Source: Chiloscyllium plagiosum (Eukaryota). From it: 64,000 nucleotides of DNA. Made by a program: the position numbers and the translations under genes. The notes below the pieces were generated by a model. It had not been told where the DNA came from. It saw only the letters and a list, made by a program, of their open reading frames with translations, and did not search any database. Position 1 is the first letter of the stretch. Each line of letters begins with the position of its first letter. The DNA is taken from the NCBI RefSeq assembly GCF_004010195.1, contig NC_057719.1, positions 65,475,634 to 65,539,633 on the forward strand, given 5' to 3'. Of the stretch, positions 12,491 to 24,999 are shown piece after piece.

Positions 12491-13526
12491 CTAAGGTTGA
12501 GTCACTGTCTCTGCAACAATTTCACAATCTAGATCAATGACAAATGTAATCTATCATTTTGCAAACTTGTGCTTCTTTAAGGTCTACAGCTAAATCAAAA
12601 CTGTCACTTCGAATATAATGAAACGCTCTTGTCGTTATATCTAAAGTATAAGTGACTGTGCCGTGCAGTTTTGCACAGACATAGATGAACGTTGATTGAA
12701 TCTTTCACATCTGCATTCCTTAGGGAGATAAGCTGCAGGTAATTTCTTGAGCGGTGTTTTTAAGGCCTGCAGCTGTTGTGAGGTCAGAGTCTCCTGTACT
12801 TTTCCCAGTTCACTAATCTCACAGGAGAACAAACAGGCGAGACCATTCCATGATGAAGAACTGCTCACTTTCTTTTCTGGACTTTAATGTTGCATTAATT
12901 AAGCAAGAAAAACAAGCTGGTTTCAGAATGTATGATTACATTTGATTGGAAAGTCACAAATTCTTCCCTTTTATATTTAGGTGTCCCAGTATGATTAAAA
13001 ACAAAAGCTAAATTCACTTCGGTATGCTTGCAATCTGTTTTGTTTTTCATTAAGTCTTGCTGTCAAACAATCGTCTGACCTTGACTATTATGAAATCAGC
13101 TCACGTTCAGAACCAGCTCAAGTTACTCCTGGTCTGGAATGGATACAATGTTAATGATAACGATCTTTAACATGAAGTTCTCCTGTATTATTATGTCTTG
13201 TGTCCTGGGAGCTGTTTGTCCGCTGAAGTGAGAAGCCCTCACACAAAGCAAAATATTTGGTAAAATATGCCAGGCAGAATAAGAACGGGGAAAGCCCATG
13301 TGTTGGGTTACAAGCAATCATGTGCCCAATGGTTGCAAATACAACATTCTTTTCTCACATATGCTGGCTAAATGAAGGATATGTGATCAAGGTTAGATTT
13401 ATTTTGACCTGCGGTCCACAGCTTACTGCACTCAGAAAAATTCCTGGGGTCAGACTCTCCTATCCAAATTACAGTAAACCTGTAGGCATATTCACATTTT
13501 TGTCACTGATCCACTTACTAACCATG

Positions 13527-13666
13527 GCAGAAGTGGGCACTGCAGATGCTGGAGATTCGAGTCAAGATTAGAGTGGTGCTGGAAAAGTACAGCAGGTCAG
13601 GCAGCATCCAAGGAGCAGGAAAATCGATGTTGCGGGCAAAAGCCCTTCATCAGAAATGAGGAATCC
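13527..13666 (-). mobile_element. Short Penelope-like terminal element with hammerhead motif and 16-bp TSD
   Basis: TSD ccacttactaaccatg at 13511-13526 and 13667-13682; minus strand ctgatga-a-gggc-tttt-gccc-gcaacatc. Confidence 0.85.
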
Positions 13667-13985
13667 CCACTTACTAACCATGTCAACAGTTTAGCAACTA
13701 TTGAAACAGAATGGGTAAATGCCCATTAGACATTCAGTCAGACAGTCCTTGTTTTTTGGAATGGGACATCTATTTACTCATAAACAGGTAGACAAAGGTA
13801 TTGTTAATCAAGTTGTTTGGACATGTGCCTTCTGGTCCAGAGATCAGGACATTACCATTGCACCACAAGAATGCCAGAAGAGGAGGGCATATGTGATTTC
13901 TGTGAGCATCTAACATGGGCTTTCAACACTCTGCGTGAGTGAAAGATTTATTTAGGTGCACACTAAAAATAAAACTTACCATTTA

Positions 13986-14392
13986 GGGCGGCACGGTGTT
14001 TAGCACTGGTTTACAGGTTTACTGCAATTTGGATAGGAGAGTCCGACCCCAGGAATTTTTCTGAGTGCAGTAAGCAGTGGTTAGCACTGCTGCCTCACAG
14101 CACCAGGGACCCGGGTTCAATTCCAGCCTGGGGCGACTGTCTGTGTGGAGTTTGCAAGTTCTCCCTGTGTCTGCATGGGTTTCCTCCAGTGCTCTGGTTT
14201 CCTCTCACAGTCTAACGATGTGCAGGTTAGGTGAGCTGGCTATGCTAAATTGCCCATACTGTTCAGGGATGTGTAGGTTAGGTGCATTAGTCTGGGAAAA
14301 TGTAGGGGAATAGGTCTGGGTGGGAAAGTCTTTGGAGGGTCGGTGTGGACTTGCTGAGCTGAAAGGCCTGTTTCCAAACTGTAAGGATTCTA
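13986..14392 (+). mobile_element. HE1-like SINE with a 64-bp inverted local insertion in its head
   Basis: gggcggcacggtg head, gggttcaattcc B box, CR1-like tail; 14012-14075 is the reverse complement of 13421-13484. Confidence 0.9.
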
Positions 14393-15254
14393 TATGTAGC
14401 ATATGACTCCCAAATCCAGGTAGGTGCTAATCTTAGCTCCCTACTGGTGCTCATACAGGGTCCAGGATCATCCCTGTGATTGACAGTGAAGCAGAGACAA
14501 CTGTGAACCTCTCGACCCTACAGCTTGCGATGTGATGCCCATCCTCAGGCTGCCTGAGTTCTGACGGACCCTGTCGTGCTTATGAGGTTCTCATGGATAC
14601 TCAAGGTTCTGCTATCGCTGGGGCAAAGGCAATTTCCCAGAGTGCAGAGTTGATGCTACTCTAGAAACTAGGTGTGCAACAGGTTTAATGGCATGATTTT
14701 TACATTTCTCTGCAATTAAAAAATGTTTGCTCTCATCCCAGCTTCAGCTTCCAGGAGCCACCACAATCATGCAAGACTGACTATAGGTCAGTGATCTGAG
14801 AGGCATGATCAAGCAAAGAAAAACTGGATCATGGAACACAGCCATTTCTGCTCCCTTTTAAAGCTGGTGAATCTGAGAACCAGACTTGAGAAGGACAAAG
14901 AACTGATGAAAACTCCAGGCATTGCATGTCCCTTTTGCACTATGGCTGCATTAAGCTCATAGTTAAGATGATGATGTGCAGGTCTACACAGATTCCCAAC
15001 CTCCATTGATTAGTTTGTTGGATTGGTCTCTCTATTAGTGTTGCCAAAGAAATGTGAAGGACTTTGGAAGAAAGATAGAAAATGGCTTTTAAAGAAAATA
15101 TGAATACAACAGACCAGAATTAAAATGTTTAAAGAGCAAATAGGACCAGGTGAATTATGCCATTGGAAGTTAGTTTGACGAAAACATGTTTGTAATGTAT
15201 GTTACTTTCCAAAGATGCTTACAAGTGCATTGTGAAGGCCTTGAACATTGACTA

Positions 15255-15490
15255 ATAGCACTGGAAATTAGCTGGGGAGAGAGAGAAAGAGAGGGAAAGA
15301 GCAAACAGAGTTAACTTTCCATGTCTGATATGACTCGCCTTCAGAACTTCTTAGAAGAGTTCAGAGTTCTGAAGAAGAATCATACAGGACTCAAGACATT
15401 AATTCTTCATTCTCCCTCCACACATGCTGAGTTTTGTCCAGCATTCTTTGCGTTTGTTTCAGATTTCCAGTATCCGCAGTATTTTGATTT
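15255..15490. mobile_element. Degraded fold-back Penelope-like element
   Basis: Inverted arms centred near 15355; plus-strand hammerhead relic agagtt-ctgaaga-a-gaatc-atacag-gactc-aagacatt-aattct. Confidence 0.65.
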
Positions 15491-16099
15491 TATTCATTAG
15501 AATGTTGACACCGCATCGTGCAAGATGCATAGAAGGCAAGCATGGATAAGTTATTCTGGCCTTATGAAATTCCCAATGCGTGCTTCTGCTGTAGGCATAT
15601 CTACCTTTTATTTTATTCAGTTGTGGGATATGAGTTTTATCCAATATAGCAAGTGGTACACTTCCAGAAAGATATTGACATTCTTGTTCTTCCTGACTGG
15701 CTTTGGGAGAGCTGGATAGGCTTGTTACTACATGCTGCACAGTTATATGTCTATGGTAGTGATAAAAGTGTGGGCAATAGAAAAAGACATATGTGTAAAT
15801 AACAGACAGCAAAAGAAAACTAAAGTGAGATAAGGAAAGAGATTGGAGATTATATTAAAACCATGATGCCTCTCTTCATGAAGGAACTAGGTTGTGTCTG
15901 ATATTATTGGTAATGTCTGATGTAATTTTTGGTAAATTATTCAGTTTAATATGCTTCAAGCAACTCCATCGCTGATATCTCGCATTCTCCTGGAAGGGCA
16001 CTGCTTTTACACAGCCATGGTCTTGCTCCTATCACTTTCAGATTTGCCAAAAATAAAGTATTCAAACATTAATATTTGAACAATTCGAGCAGGGGTCTT

Positions 16100-16215
16100 G
16101 GAGGTACCTGACATCTGGTCAATATCACAGATGATAAGTTGTTGGAAAGAGAGGCATGCTGCCAAAGCTTTTCATCTTGCACTCAACAGGGCAAAAGCAA
16201 GAATGCAAAGTTTCA
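16100..16215 (-). mobile_element. Penelope-like terminal fragment with an AAGCUU-type hammerhead relic
   Basis: Minus strand tgcc-ctgttga-gtgcaagat-gaa-aagctt-t-ggca at ~16160-16193. Confidence 0.55.
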
Positions 16216-16509
16216 AGCAATCAAAACAATTTGTATTACAGCAGGAAGGCTAAGGTGCTGCTATGGAGAAAGCAATGTGGAATTATAGGCTCCACAAGCT
16301 CCAAGGTAACGACTCAAGACTCAAATATATCTCTTATTTACACACAGCGTATCCTGAGTATGAACCTATGTTGCTCCTAGAAAGCCTAAATGAGCCACGT
16401 GATGGTCTTGCCTGATTATCTGAAAATGACATGTGACAATTCATTTGAAGATGACTGGAGATGTGAGACCAAAGAGGGAAGTAAACACATTGGTGAGGAT
16501 TCGAAATTG

Positions 16510-16820
16510 CAGCATGGTGGTTCAGTGGTTAGCACTGCTGCCTCATAGTGCAGGGACCTGGGTTCAATTCCAGCCTTGGGCATCTGTCTGTGTGGAGTTT
16601 ACACATTCTCCCTGTGTCTGCATGGTTTCCTCTGGGTTCTCTTTTTTCCGTCCACAATGCAGCTTAGGTGAATTAGTCATGTTAAATTGCTAGTGTTCAG
16701 GGATGTGTAGGTTAGATACATTAGTCAGGATAAATGTAGAGTAATAGGGGAGGGGAATGGGTCTGGATGGGTTGCTCTTCGAAAGATTGGTATGGACTTG
16801 TTGGGCCAAATGGCCTGTTT
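16510..16820 (+). mobile_element. HE1-like SINE
   Basis: cagtggttagcactgctgcctca head; tail gggccaaatggcctgtttccaca. Confidence 0.9.
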
Positions 16821-18493
16821 CCACATTGTCGAGATTCTATGAAAGAACCAACAGAGAGCAGCAAGAGTAGTGAAATTAGGAGTTTGCAGGGATTGCTGCA
16901 GAATCGATACAAAAACAGCAGAGATTTGGATGCGATGAAATTTATAGAGAATGATAGGCCTATCTGCTGCAGAACAAATGTTTGAGATATAATGCTGCCC
17001 CCAATGCTCCTTTCTTTATGGGTCCAATGACCTATTTGGTTAACCGGGGTAGAGAGTGAATCATTACTGATTCTTAACAAGAAAAGGTAGCTGTCTTAGC
17101 AAGATATAGTTTACTCTATAATAGCACAGGTAGAAGTTAAATTTGCTGGTCAGACATAATATCTAAGCCCTCTCGGCAGACAATGGTAGAATTTCTGTCT
17201 CTTTCGGGACCTCAAGCTAAACTCCATTCTTCCCCACCCATTTCTGTAAGTGGTGCCAGTGAATTAAAAAATAATGATTAACGGAAGGAAAACTGACATT
17301 AATGGTAAGTGTGTACATTAATTCATATGAATCTGTCGGCAGTTTAATGGATCTGGTCAGCTTTAAAATCAAAAGGATGGATGAAAGATTAAGTGATCGA
17401 TTGATTTCAGTTGTGCTGATATTAACCCTCACAACAGCCAGCTATCTTTTGCCTTGCTGACATAATAGTGGTCAGATGTTGTTTATGATTTGTATAGGTT
17501 CAGGTTAAGGCTAGTATTAGGGTTAGGTTTCAGGCTAAAGAGGGGCTCTTGTGATGCAGTGGTAGTGTCCATACTGTTGGCCTAAGAGACCTGCTTCTAA
17601 AAAGTGGTGAGAGGAGGATGGAGGTGGGAGATAAATCAGACATTCCTGATTGGAGGAGCATTTCAATTTGTATGGTGCCTGAAAAAACAAATTGTATAAT
17701 ATGGAGGTCAGACAATTAGTTAGACATCAGACCAGACACTTTGACTGTAGTTTGGTTCAGTCTGAAATGGTGGGAGACATTTCCATTTATATAATTTCTG
17801 CAACTTGCTTATTGAATCATGAAATCAACTGTCATGCTGTTCCCCAATCATGTATACCAGTTTTGTTGTCCATGTGCCCTATTTATTGAGTAAAAATATC
17901 TATATATCTTTTACACTCCAGTTGTACTTTTGTAGAGGTGCCAATATTTCAATAATTCATGGTAAGACTATGGGTGCCTGGAAACCAAGTTGTACTAGTT
18001 AGAGTGGGCCAGTAGTTGCAAAGATAAGTTACACAAGACTAGATTTGGATGACAAATATCAGGGGGTTGTACTTTTCTTTCCAGAATCAACTTGAGGTTC
18101 AAGGGCTGGTTACTAATTGCCTGAATTATTTCGAACAAGATTTAGACCTATTTGTAATAGTTTATTTTATTCTACCATTAGATTGTGACATCAAAGCAAA
18201 GTTTGTTGGTTATCTCTAATTACCTTTGAGAAGGCGGAAATGAGCTTCTTACTTGAACTGTATCTGTCCATGTGGTGGAAGTGCACCCACTATACGATTG
18301 GGAAGGGAATTGCAGTATGTATAAAAGATATCAGAACTAGAGTAGCTTCCTAGTGAGTTTGATTCTTTAAAGCATCAGAAAGGATTTTCCCAAAATCTTT
18401 TTCAAATTGATTTGGGTGGTAGCTGGTTTTATTGCCTTGCCCAAAAGATCAGATGGTCTGATTTTGTTTTGGGCAGGGAATCTCTACATTGTG

Positions 18494-18624
18494 GAGAAAG
18501 TGAGGTCTGCAGATGCTGGAGATCAGAGCTGAAAATGTGTTGCTGGAAAAGCGCAGCAGGTCAGGCAGTATCCAGGGAACAGGAGAATCGACGTTTTGGG
18601 CATAAGCCCTTCTTCAGGAATCAC
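18494..18624 (-). mobile_element. Short Penelope-like terminal element with hammerhead motif and 15-bp TSD
   Basis: TSD aatctctacattgtg at 18479-18493 and 18625-18639; minus strand gattc-ctgaaga-a-gggc-ttat-gccc-aaa-acgt-c-gattc. Confidence 0.88.
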
Positions 18625-19427
18625 AATCTCTACATTGTGACATGCAATAGAGTGTGGGACACAGCTAAAAGAACCAGAGGGTCTTTTCCAGTCTTCCACT
18701 GTTGGTAAAATTATAGGCAGTTGGCAGTGCTGTATCCTCATGATTCATGCATTTATCATCAGGGCCAAACATAATGGTCAGCAGCCAACACAGATGCATC
18801 AGTTTCAAAAAGATTTCACACAGAAGAATGTGCTCTGTCATCCAGGGTTTTGCAATGATTCCAAGCAGAGCATTGCTGCTATAGAGTATCATCTTTTTTG
18901 CATTCCAGAAATTTAAGAGAGTACAATGCAATTCACAGACTTTTGTACAATAGAGGGTGAGGTTTCACAGAAAAAAAATCTTCAAGCGGTCACCAAGGGA
19001 CCTGTCCCAGTTTGCAGCTACACAAGAATCAACTGTTTGACATGAGGTCAGGCTGAAGATAGATTGCTAAATGTTACATTCTGTGGAAACTACATTGAAA
19101 ATTATACTCCGAACAGTTAGAATGATCCCATTTAAAGGGCTCATGGACAGCATCAGTCCATGAGATTGAAATGAAACCCATTAAACAGATGTAGAATTGG
19201 AATCTTTGACTGAACAATTCCAAAACCCTTTGTCCATTGTTTTTTTTTCCATAAATTTTATATATGTTGTTTTTTATTGTACATATTTGTGTGTAAATTT
19301 AGGAACTCAAATCACTTGAGTGTTGGAAACATGACATATGGTTATCTTGCATTCTCAGGTGCAGCACATTCAACGGCTATATTTCTGGTCTGATACCATG
19401 CTAATGTCTCTACATGTCAATGTCAGT

Positions 19428-19556
19428 CAGTTTTTTTCCTTCTTTCCAACTCACATTATCTCACTTTGTTTTCTCACGTTCTTGGCCCCCTAAGTCTAAG
19501 GGCACATTACAGTGACAAGGTGAGATAATGTGAGTTGGAAAGAAGGAAGAAAACTG
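19428..19556. repeat. Inverted repeat, 42-bp arms, 45-nt spacer
   Basis: Arms 19428-19469 and 19515-19556 are complementary at 40 of 42 positions. Confidence 0.92.
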
Positions 19557-19619
19557 GAGAACATTGATGAATAAATAAAGAGAACTTGCCCCTAAACAGA
19601 GACCCTCATAATCCTCAGA

Positions 19620-20000
19620 ATGCTTCAAAGTGCTCTGTAGCCACACATCTCAATGTAAGGTTTGCAGAGCTCCAAGGCAATGTGGCAGCCAATTTGTATA
19701 CAGTGAGATCACACTAACAACAATGAGATAACTGACCACATAATCTGTATTGCTGATGTTGGCTAAGGGATAATTGTCGATGAGGATATCAGAAGATCTC
19801 CCCTTTTTTCTTCAAATCATGCAAACACCAACCATGTCTCTTACATCCACCTGAGAGGCCAGATAGAGCATCGGTTCAATATGTCATTTAAAAGATAGGT
19901 TTTTGGTTTGAAATGGAGATCTATCAGGATGGTGTGGTTAAGTCTTACAATGGACTTGATTCCACAAATTTCTAACTCAGGCTAGAATGCCAGCAGTGTG
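19620..20000 (-). mobile_element. Old Deu-domain-like SINE relic (SacSINE1/AmnSINE-like)
   Basis: 'gcagccaatttgtatacag' and 'tcttacatccacctgagaggccaga...cggttcaatatgtcat' resemble the DeuSINE core as I recall it. Confidence 0.55.
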
Positions 20001-20417
20001 TCAAAAATGGTCCCTAAAATTGATGTCCTTCTCCCTTGAAGAATTGCAATCGCTGAAGGGAAATCTTCTGTATTGGTCAGATATTTCCCAGGGCTTTTTT
20101 ATCCATTGTAGAAGGTTGAGTTGCTCCCTTACACAAGCACTTGATTACATATAAATAACTCCATTATGTAAAAGCTATGAAGTGTTGTGTAGCTCTTCAT
20201 GCTCTGGAAGATGGTTACTACCTGGTTAAAGGTCTAGCACAACAGCTCGTCAGCTCAATATATCAATCAATTATTGTGTCTGTTGCTGGAAATTTTTAAA
20301 CAGCCAAGTTCAAATAAAAGGAAAAATCCCAGTAAATTTGATGACAGCTCATCTTTGGTGGTTACTGTAATGTTCAAATATTCTGTGTTTGATTATGTAA
20401 ATCTGTTTACTTTTGAT

Positions 20418-20610
20418 TAGGTGAAAGTAAGTACTGCAGATGCTGGAGATCAGAGTCAAGGTTAGAGTGGTGCTGAAAAAGCACAGCGGGTCAGGCAACA
20501 TCCGAGGAGCAGGAAAATCGCCGTTTTGGGCAAAAGCACTTCATCGATTTTCCTGCTCCTCGGGTGCTGCCTGAATTGCTGTGCTTTTCCAGCACCACTC
20601 TAACCTTGAC
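20418..20610. mobile_element. Fold-back Penelope-like short element with 16-bp TSD
   Basis: TSD tctgtttacttttgat at 20402-20417 and 20611-20626; ~68-bp inverted arms (gagtcaaggttagagtgg...gaaaatcg / cgattttcc...ccttgactc). Confidence 0.9.
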
Positions 20611-22144
20611 TCTGTTTACTTTTGATGCTCACTGTACTTGATTGGTTAAGCCTAGATGTTGACTCGGAAAGGCTTCTTAAAAAAAATCTGTAGAAAAAGC
20701 TGGATGTCAGAAATGACACACAGAGTCGACATTAGCAAATGAAACCTGTTCCACGCAGGTATGTCTCAACGTACATCTGAGATGCATATAATACATAACA
20801 CTTATCCCAGAAACAGAATAATGTGAGTGGAGTTTGCAGAGTGAGCTGACATCAGCACCTGATGCATCAACTAGAAAGCAGGGAACACCATTATATTTTC
20901 ACTTATATTTTAGTTTTGGATGCCAATGTCTAGGACTGACATACTTTCTAATCACAGCACTCCGAGTTAGCATCAGGCTGTTTCTGGGGTAATATCACGG
21001 GCTCAAAAAAAAGAGCTCTATTAATTGGTCATACCAGGGTAATTCAATTCTAACCTCCCAATAATATGCACATGAGCTACATTTCAGTTAATGATGCCAG
21101 TGATTTCATTATTTCACTCAGCAGGAGTTGTTAAGATGGAGTTGGTGGCTTAGAAGATTATTTTATGGCAGTCTCTAATGCAGGCAAATATCTAGTGAAA
21201 ATATAATTAAAACTCAACAAAGTCACTTCATGAAAAGCAGACTTTCATCTTGTTATTTCAGTTAAAAACCTAATTCGAGACAGGGATGGGTAAAGCACAA
21301 ATGGATTATGCTGTGGACTGGAATGCTGAACTTAATACAGTTGGGGGAGAGGGTGTCTGGATCCGTGGACCCTGACACAACATTCATGCGAGCTTGTCTA
21401 CATTTGGCTGCCTCATCCCACGGTGGAAGGGTGGGGGGGGGGTGCGCTATTAATTGGCTTGAGCTAGGTCATCTGGCCCATCTGAGGGTAGATCTTATCT
21501 CCAAGAGTTGTGAACCAATCAAATGCTTGAAACAATGGTGGGACAAAGGTCAACACTGGGAAGGAGGGAAAGCCTCTGATAGCTACAGGGTACCTGTACT
21601 CTGCACCATTACCTCCTTCCCCTGGCGCCCAACCTGGCCATAATGTTGCCAGGCTTCACCTGGTAGCTTGAACAACTGGTACCCTCCCACATTCAATGCT
21701 CCAATTTAATTCCAACATCAGGGTTGGGCAGGCAGAAGGGCATGAGCCTATTGCAAATTAACATCCTGCTAACCCCTTTACCCTGTCCTTGGTTTGGGGA
21801 GGATGCTGGTGTCAGAGCATGAAGTTCAATCCATCATGTGGCAACCTTTACTCTTTGGAGACCAGGGATGACTCATTTTTGTGGTGCTTATTTCCCAGAG
21901 TCACTAATGGACAGATTCTTTTAGAGAGGGAAAGCACCCACTGTCAGACTAAAAGAAAGTCACCAGTTGTGTGACTTTGTTACATTAGCGGCATGATCAC
22001 ACATGATTTTTCATAAGATTTGGTTATTTCATGACCAAATTACAAAGCATTAGGTGACAGATTGCAAACAGGTCTGTGGTGTGTCAGAGGTAATGGTAAG
22101 CCCAGATACCAAAAATAAAACATAGCATTATTAAGATAGAGAAA

Positions 22145-22277
22145 AATTCCTGATGAAGGGCTTACATCCAAAATGTTGATTCTCCAGCTCCTCAGATGCT
22201 GCCTGACCTGCTGAGCTTTTCCAGCACCACACTCTCAACTCTGATCTCCAGCATCTGCAGTTCTCACGATTTTTTCC
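22145..22277 (+). mobile_element. Short Penelope-like terminal element with degraded hammerhead
   Basis: attc-ctgatga-a-gggcttacatcc-aaaatgtt-gattc; flanked by tagagaaa at 22137-22144 and 22278-22285. Confidence 0.8.
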
Positions 22278-23600
22278 TAGAGAAACCTTAATGTAGAGTA
22301 AGGGAGTCTTTTCAAGTTTAAAAGGAAATCCAGCAAAGCTGAAGCATTAGAAAAACTGAAATAAAAGACCGAACAAATATTGACATTAAATACTTCATGG
22401 GAAGTTTATTAATGTCACTAAAATTATCCAAGGATTCTCAGCAGTAATGTTTTTTTTTAAATTTTACAAAATGGGAAATTGATGGTTTAGAATTCTCCTG
22501 AAAGCAACAAAAAAATTCAGATACAAGAACCAAGTAATTTGTATGAAATGCTGTTGGAATTGTCAAAAGTCTCTTGCTTCCTATAAATAATGTTAAAATA
22601 AATACAGGCAAATGATTTGTGCTTCAAATTAAACAGATTATAATTTGATTTCAGTGATTTATAAGTTATTTGCAGATTCTGCATATTGGATTGCCGATCT
22701 ATAGTGAGGTGCTCCTCCTGCAGCTTGGTGAGAAAAGAAATGGGAGTTTATCTGAGATCTTAGAACATAAGAAATCAAAGTAGCAGTGGGTCCCAGCCGT
22801 TAATGCATTTGTTATTCAAAAGAACATGACTAGAAAGCGAGCTAGAAATATCAAAACAAATACTAAGAGTGACTGTAGGTATTTAAAAAGGAAAGGAGTT
22901 AATAAAGTGAGAATTAGTCCTACAGAGAGTGAGTCCGGGAAATTAGTAATGCAGAATGAAAAAATGAAAGATGAACTGAACAAATGTTTTGCATCAGTCT
23001 TCACTAGAGATGGCATTAGTAACATCCCAGAAATAGTGGTAAATCAGGAAATTGAGGAGACTGGGGATCTCAAGAAAATTACAATGACCAGCCAAGTAGT
23101 ACTGAGAAAATTGTTGGAGCTCCAGGCTGACAAGTCCCTAGATCCTGATAAGCTTCATCCTAGGCTTTTAAAAGAAGTGACGAATGAGAAAATTGGTGTA
23201 TTGTTTTCAATTTTGCAAAACTCTCTAAATTTGGTCAAGATTCCAATAGACTGAAAGTGGAAAATGTAACTCTTATGTTCAACAGAGAAGGAGATTTGAA
23301 GCACAGGAAGCTACAGGCTTGTTGTATAACAAATGTTATGTGAATATTTTAGAAGCTATTATTTAAAGGAAGGGCATGACAAAATTTCATGGTAATCAGG
23401 CAGAGCCAACATGTTTCATGACAAGAAAGTCTTATTTCACTAATTCTGTTAAATTCTTTTAGGAAATAATATGTACTTCAGATAAAGAGGAGTGTGTAGT
23501 TAGGTTACCAGAAGACATTTAATAAGGTGTTCTACCAAAGGTTATCATGAAAAATAAAACTTCTTGTTGTAACATGCTGGTGTGGCTAGAAGATTGATCA

Positions 23601-23904
23601 TTAGATTAGATTACTTACAGTGTGGAAACAGGCCCTTCGGCCCAACAAGTCCACACCGACCCGCCACCCACCCATTCCCCTACATTTACCTCTTTACCTA
23701 ACACTACGGGCAATTTAGCATGGCCAATCCACCTAACCTGCACATCTTTGGACTGTGGGAGGAAACCGGACGACCCAGAGGAAACCCACACAGACATGGG
23801 GAGAACGTGCAAACTCCACACAGTCAGTCGCCTGAGTTGGGAATTGAACCCGGGTCTCTGGTGCTGTGAGGCAGCAGTGCTAACCACTGTGCCACCGTGC
23901 CGCC
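23601..23904 (-). mobile_element. HE1-like SINE (young)
   Basis: Full head through to a (ctaat)n tail. Confidence 0.93.
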
Positions 23905-24039
23905 CACTAACAGGAAATGGAGAATAGTATAAATGGGTCTGATCGGCAAGATGAAATAAATGTTGGAGCAAAGGGATCTGTACTGGATCCTCAACCATTT
24001 ATACATTATGTAAGTGACGTGCATGAAAAGTAAATTGTT

Positions 24040-24275
24040 ACGAAAACAGAAATTCCTGGAAGAGCTGAGAAGGTCTGGCATCACTTGTGAAGAGAAATCA
24101 AAGTTATTGTTTCAGGTCCAGTGACCCTTCCTCAGAACTGTTTTAAGGCACGGGCAGCGGACCCAAATGCTTACTCTGATTTCTCTGCACAGTTGCTGCC
24201 AGACTTGCAGAGCTTTGCCAACAATTTCTGTTCTTGTTTCTGATTTACAGCATCCAAAATTCTTTCAGTTTTTAG
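24040..24275. mobile_element. Fold-back Penelope-like element
   Basis: Inverted arms; minus-strand hammerhead agtt-ctgagga-a-gggtc-actg-gacct-gaa. Confidence 0.75.
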
Positions 24276-24999
24276 TTACTAAATTGTTGGTTACCCAAAG
24301 ATAGGTAGGAAAATAAATTGTGAAGAAAACATAAAGGGATCTCATTAGATCCAGTGACTGGGCAAAGATATGACAGAGTATAATGTGAGAAAATGTGTGA
24401 AGTTGTCAGTTATGGCAGTAAGAATAAAAGAAAAGAAGCATTCTATCAAATTGTGAGTGATTGTAGAGTTCTGACGTGCAGTGGTATCTGTATGTTCAAC
24501 TGTGTGAATCACAAATAATTAGCAGAAAAATGATGGAATGTTATATTGAATTTGTTTGCAATAAATTATAAAAGTAAGATGTTTATGTTTCAGTTATCCA
24601 GAGCATTGCTGAGACCACATTTGTGTACAGTATTGGTTTCCCTTATTTATAGAAGGATGGAAATATATTGGACGCAGATCCAAGAAGGTTTACTCAACAA
24701 ATATCCGGCATGGGTGTGTGGGCTTCTGAGGAAGGGTTGGACGTGTTGTGTTTGTACCTGCTGAGTTTAGAGTGCATTTTTGCATTTGTCCTGATCAGTG
24801 CAAGATGAGAGAGAAGATATAATGGCCAATGATTAGAAGTGTGTGCAATGAATGACACTGACAGCAGGGGGTTAATGTGAGAGTTACCGTAGAATGAAAA
24901 GTGATGCTACTCAGTTGGAGGGACTTGAACATCTTAGCACCGGCACAGTAGTGGCCCTGGACCTTTCCTGTAAGACCCAAGTTTCTCTGCTTGTAACGG

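Larger units (their letters stand above)
22815..24775 (+). mobile_element. Older degraded CR1 LINE ORF2 fragment with nested insertions
   Basis: ORF 22826..23254 (LNKCFASVFT...ADKSLDPDKLHPRLLKE); ORF 24546 (ALLRPHL). Confidence 0.85.

Noticed and set aside
23615..23998. Recurring ORFs such as 'GGTVVSTAASQ' and 'AQWLALLPHS'
   Set aside because: Translations of HE1-like SINE sequence, not proteins
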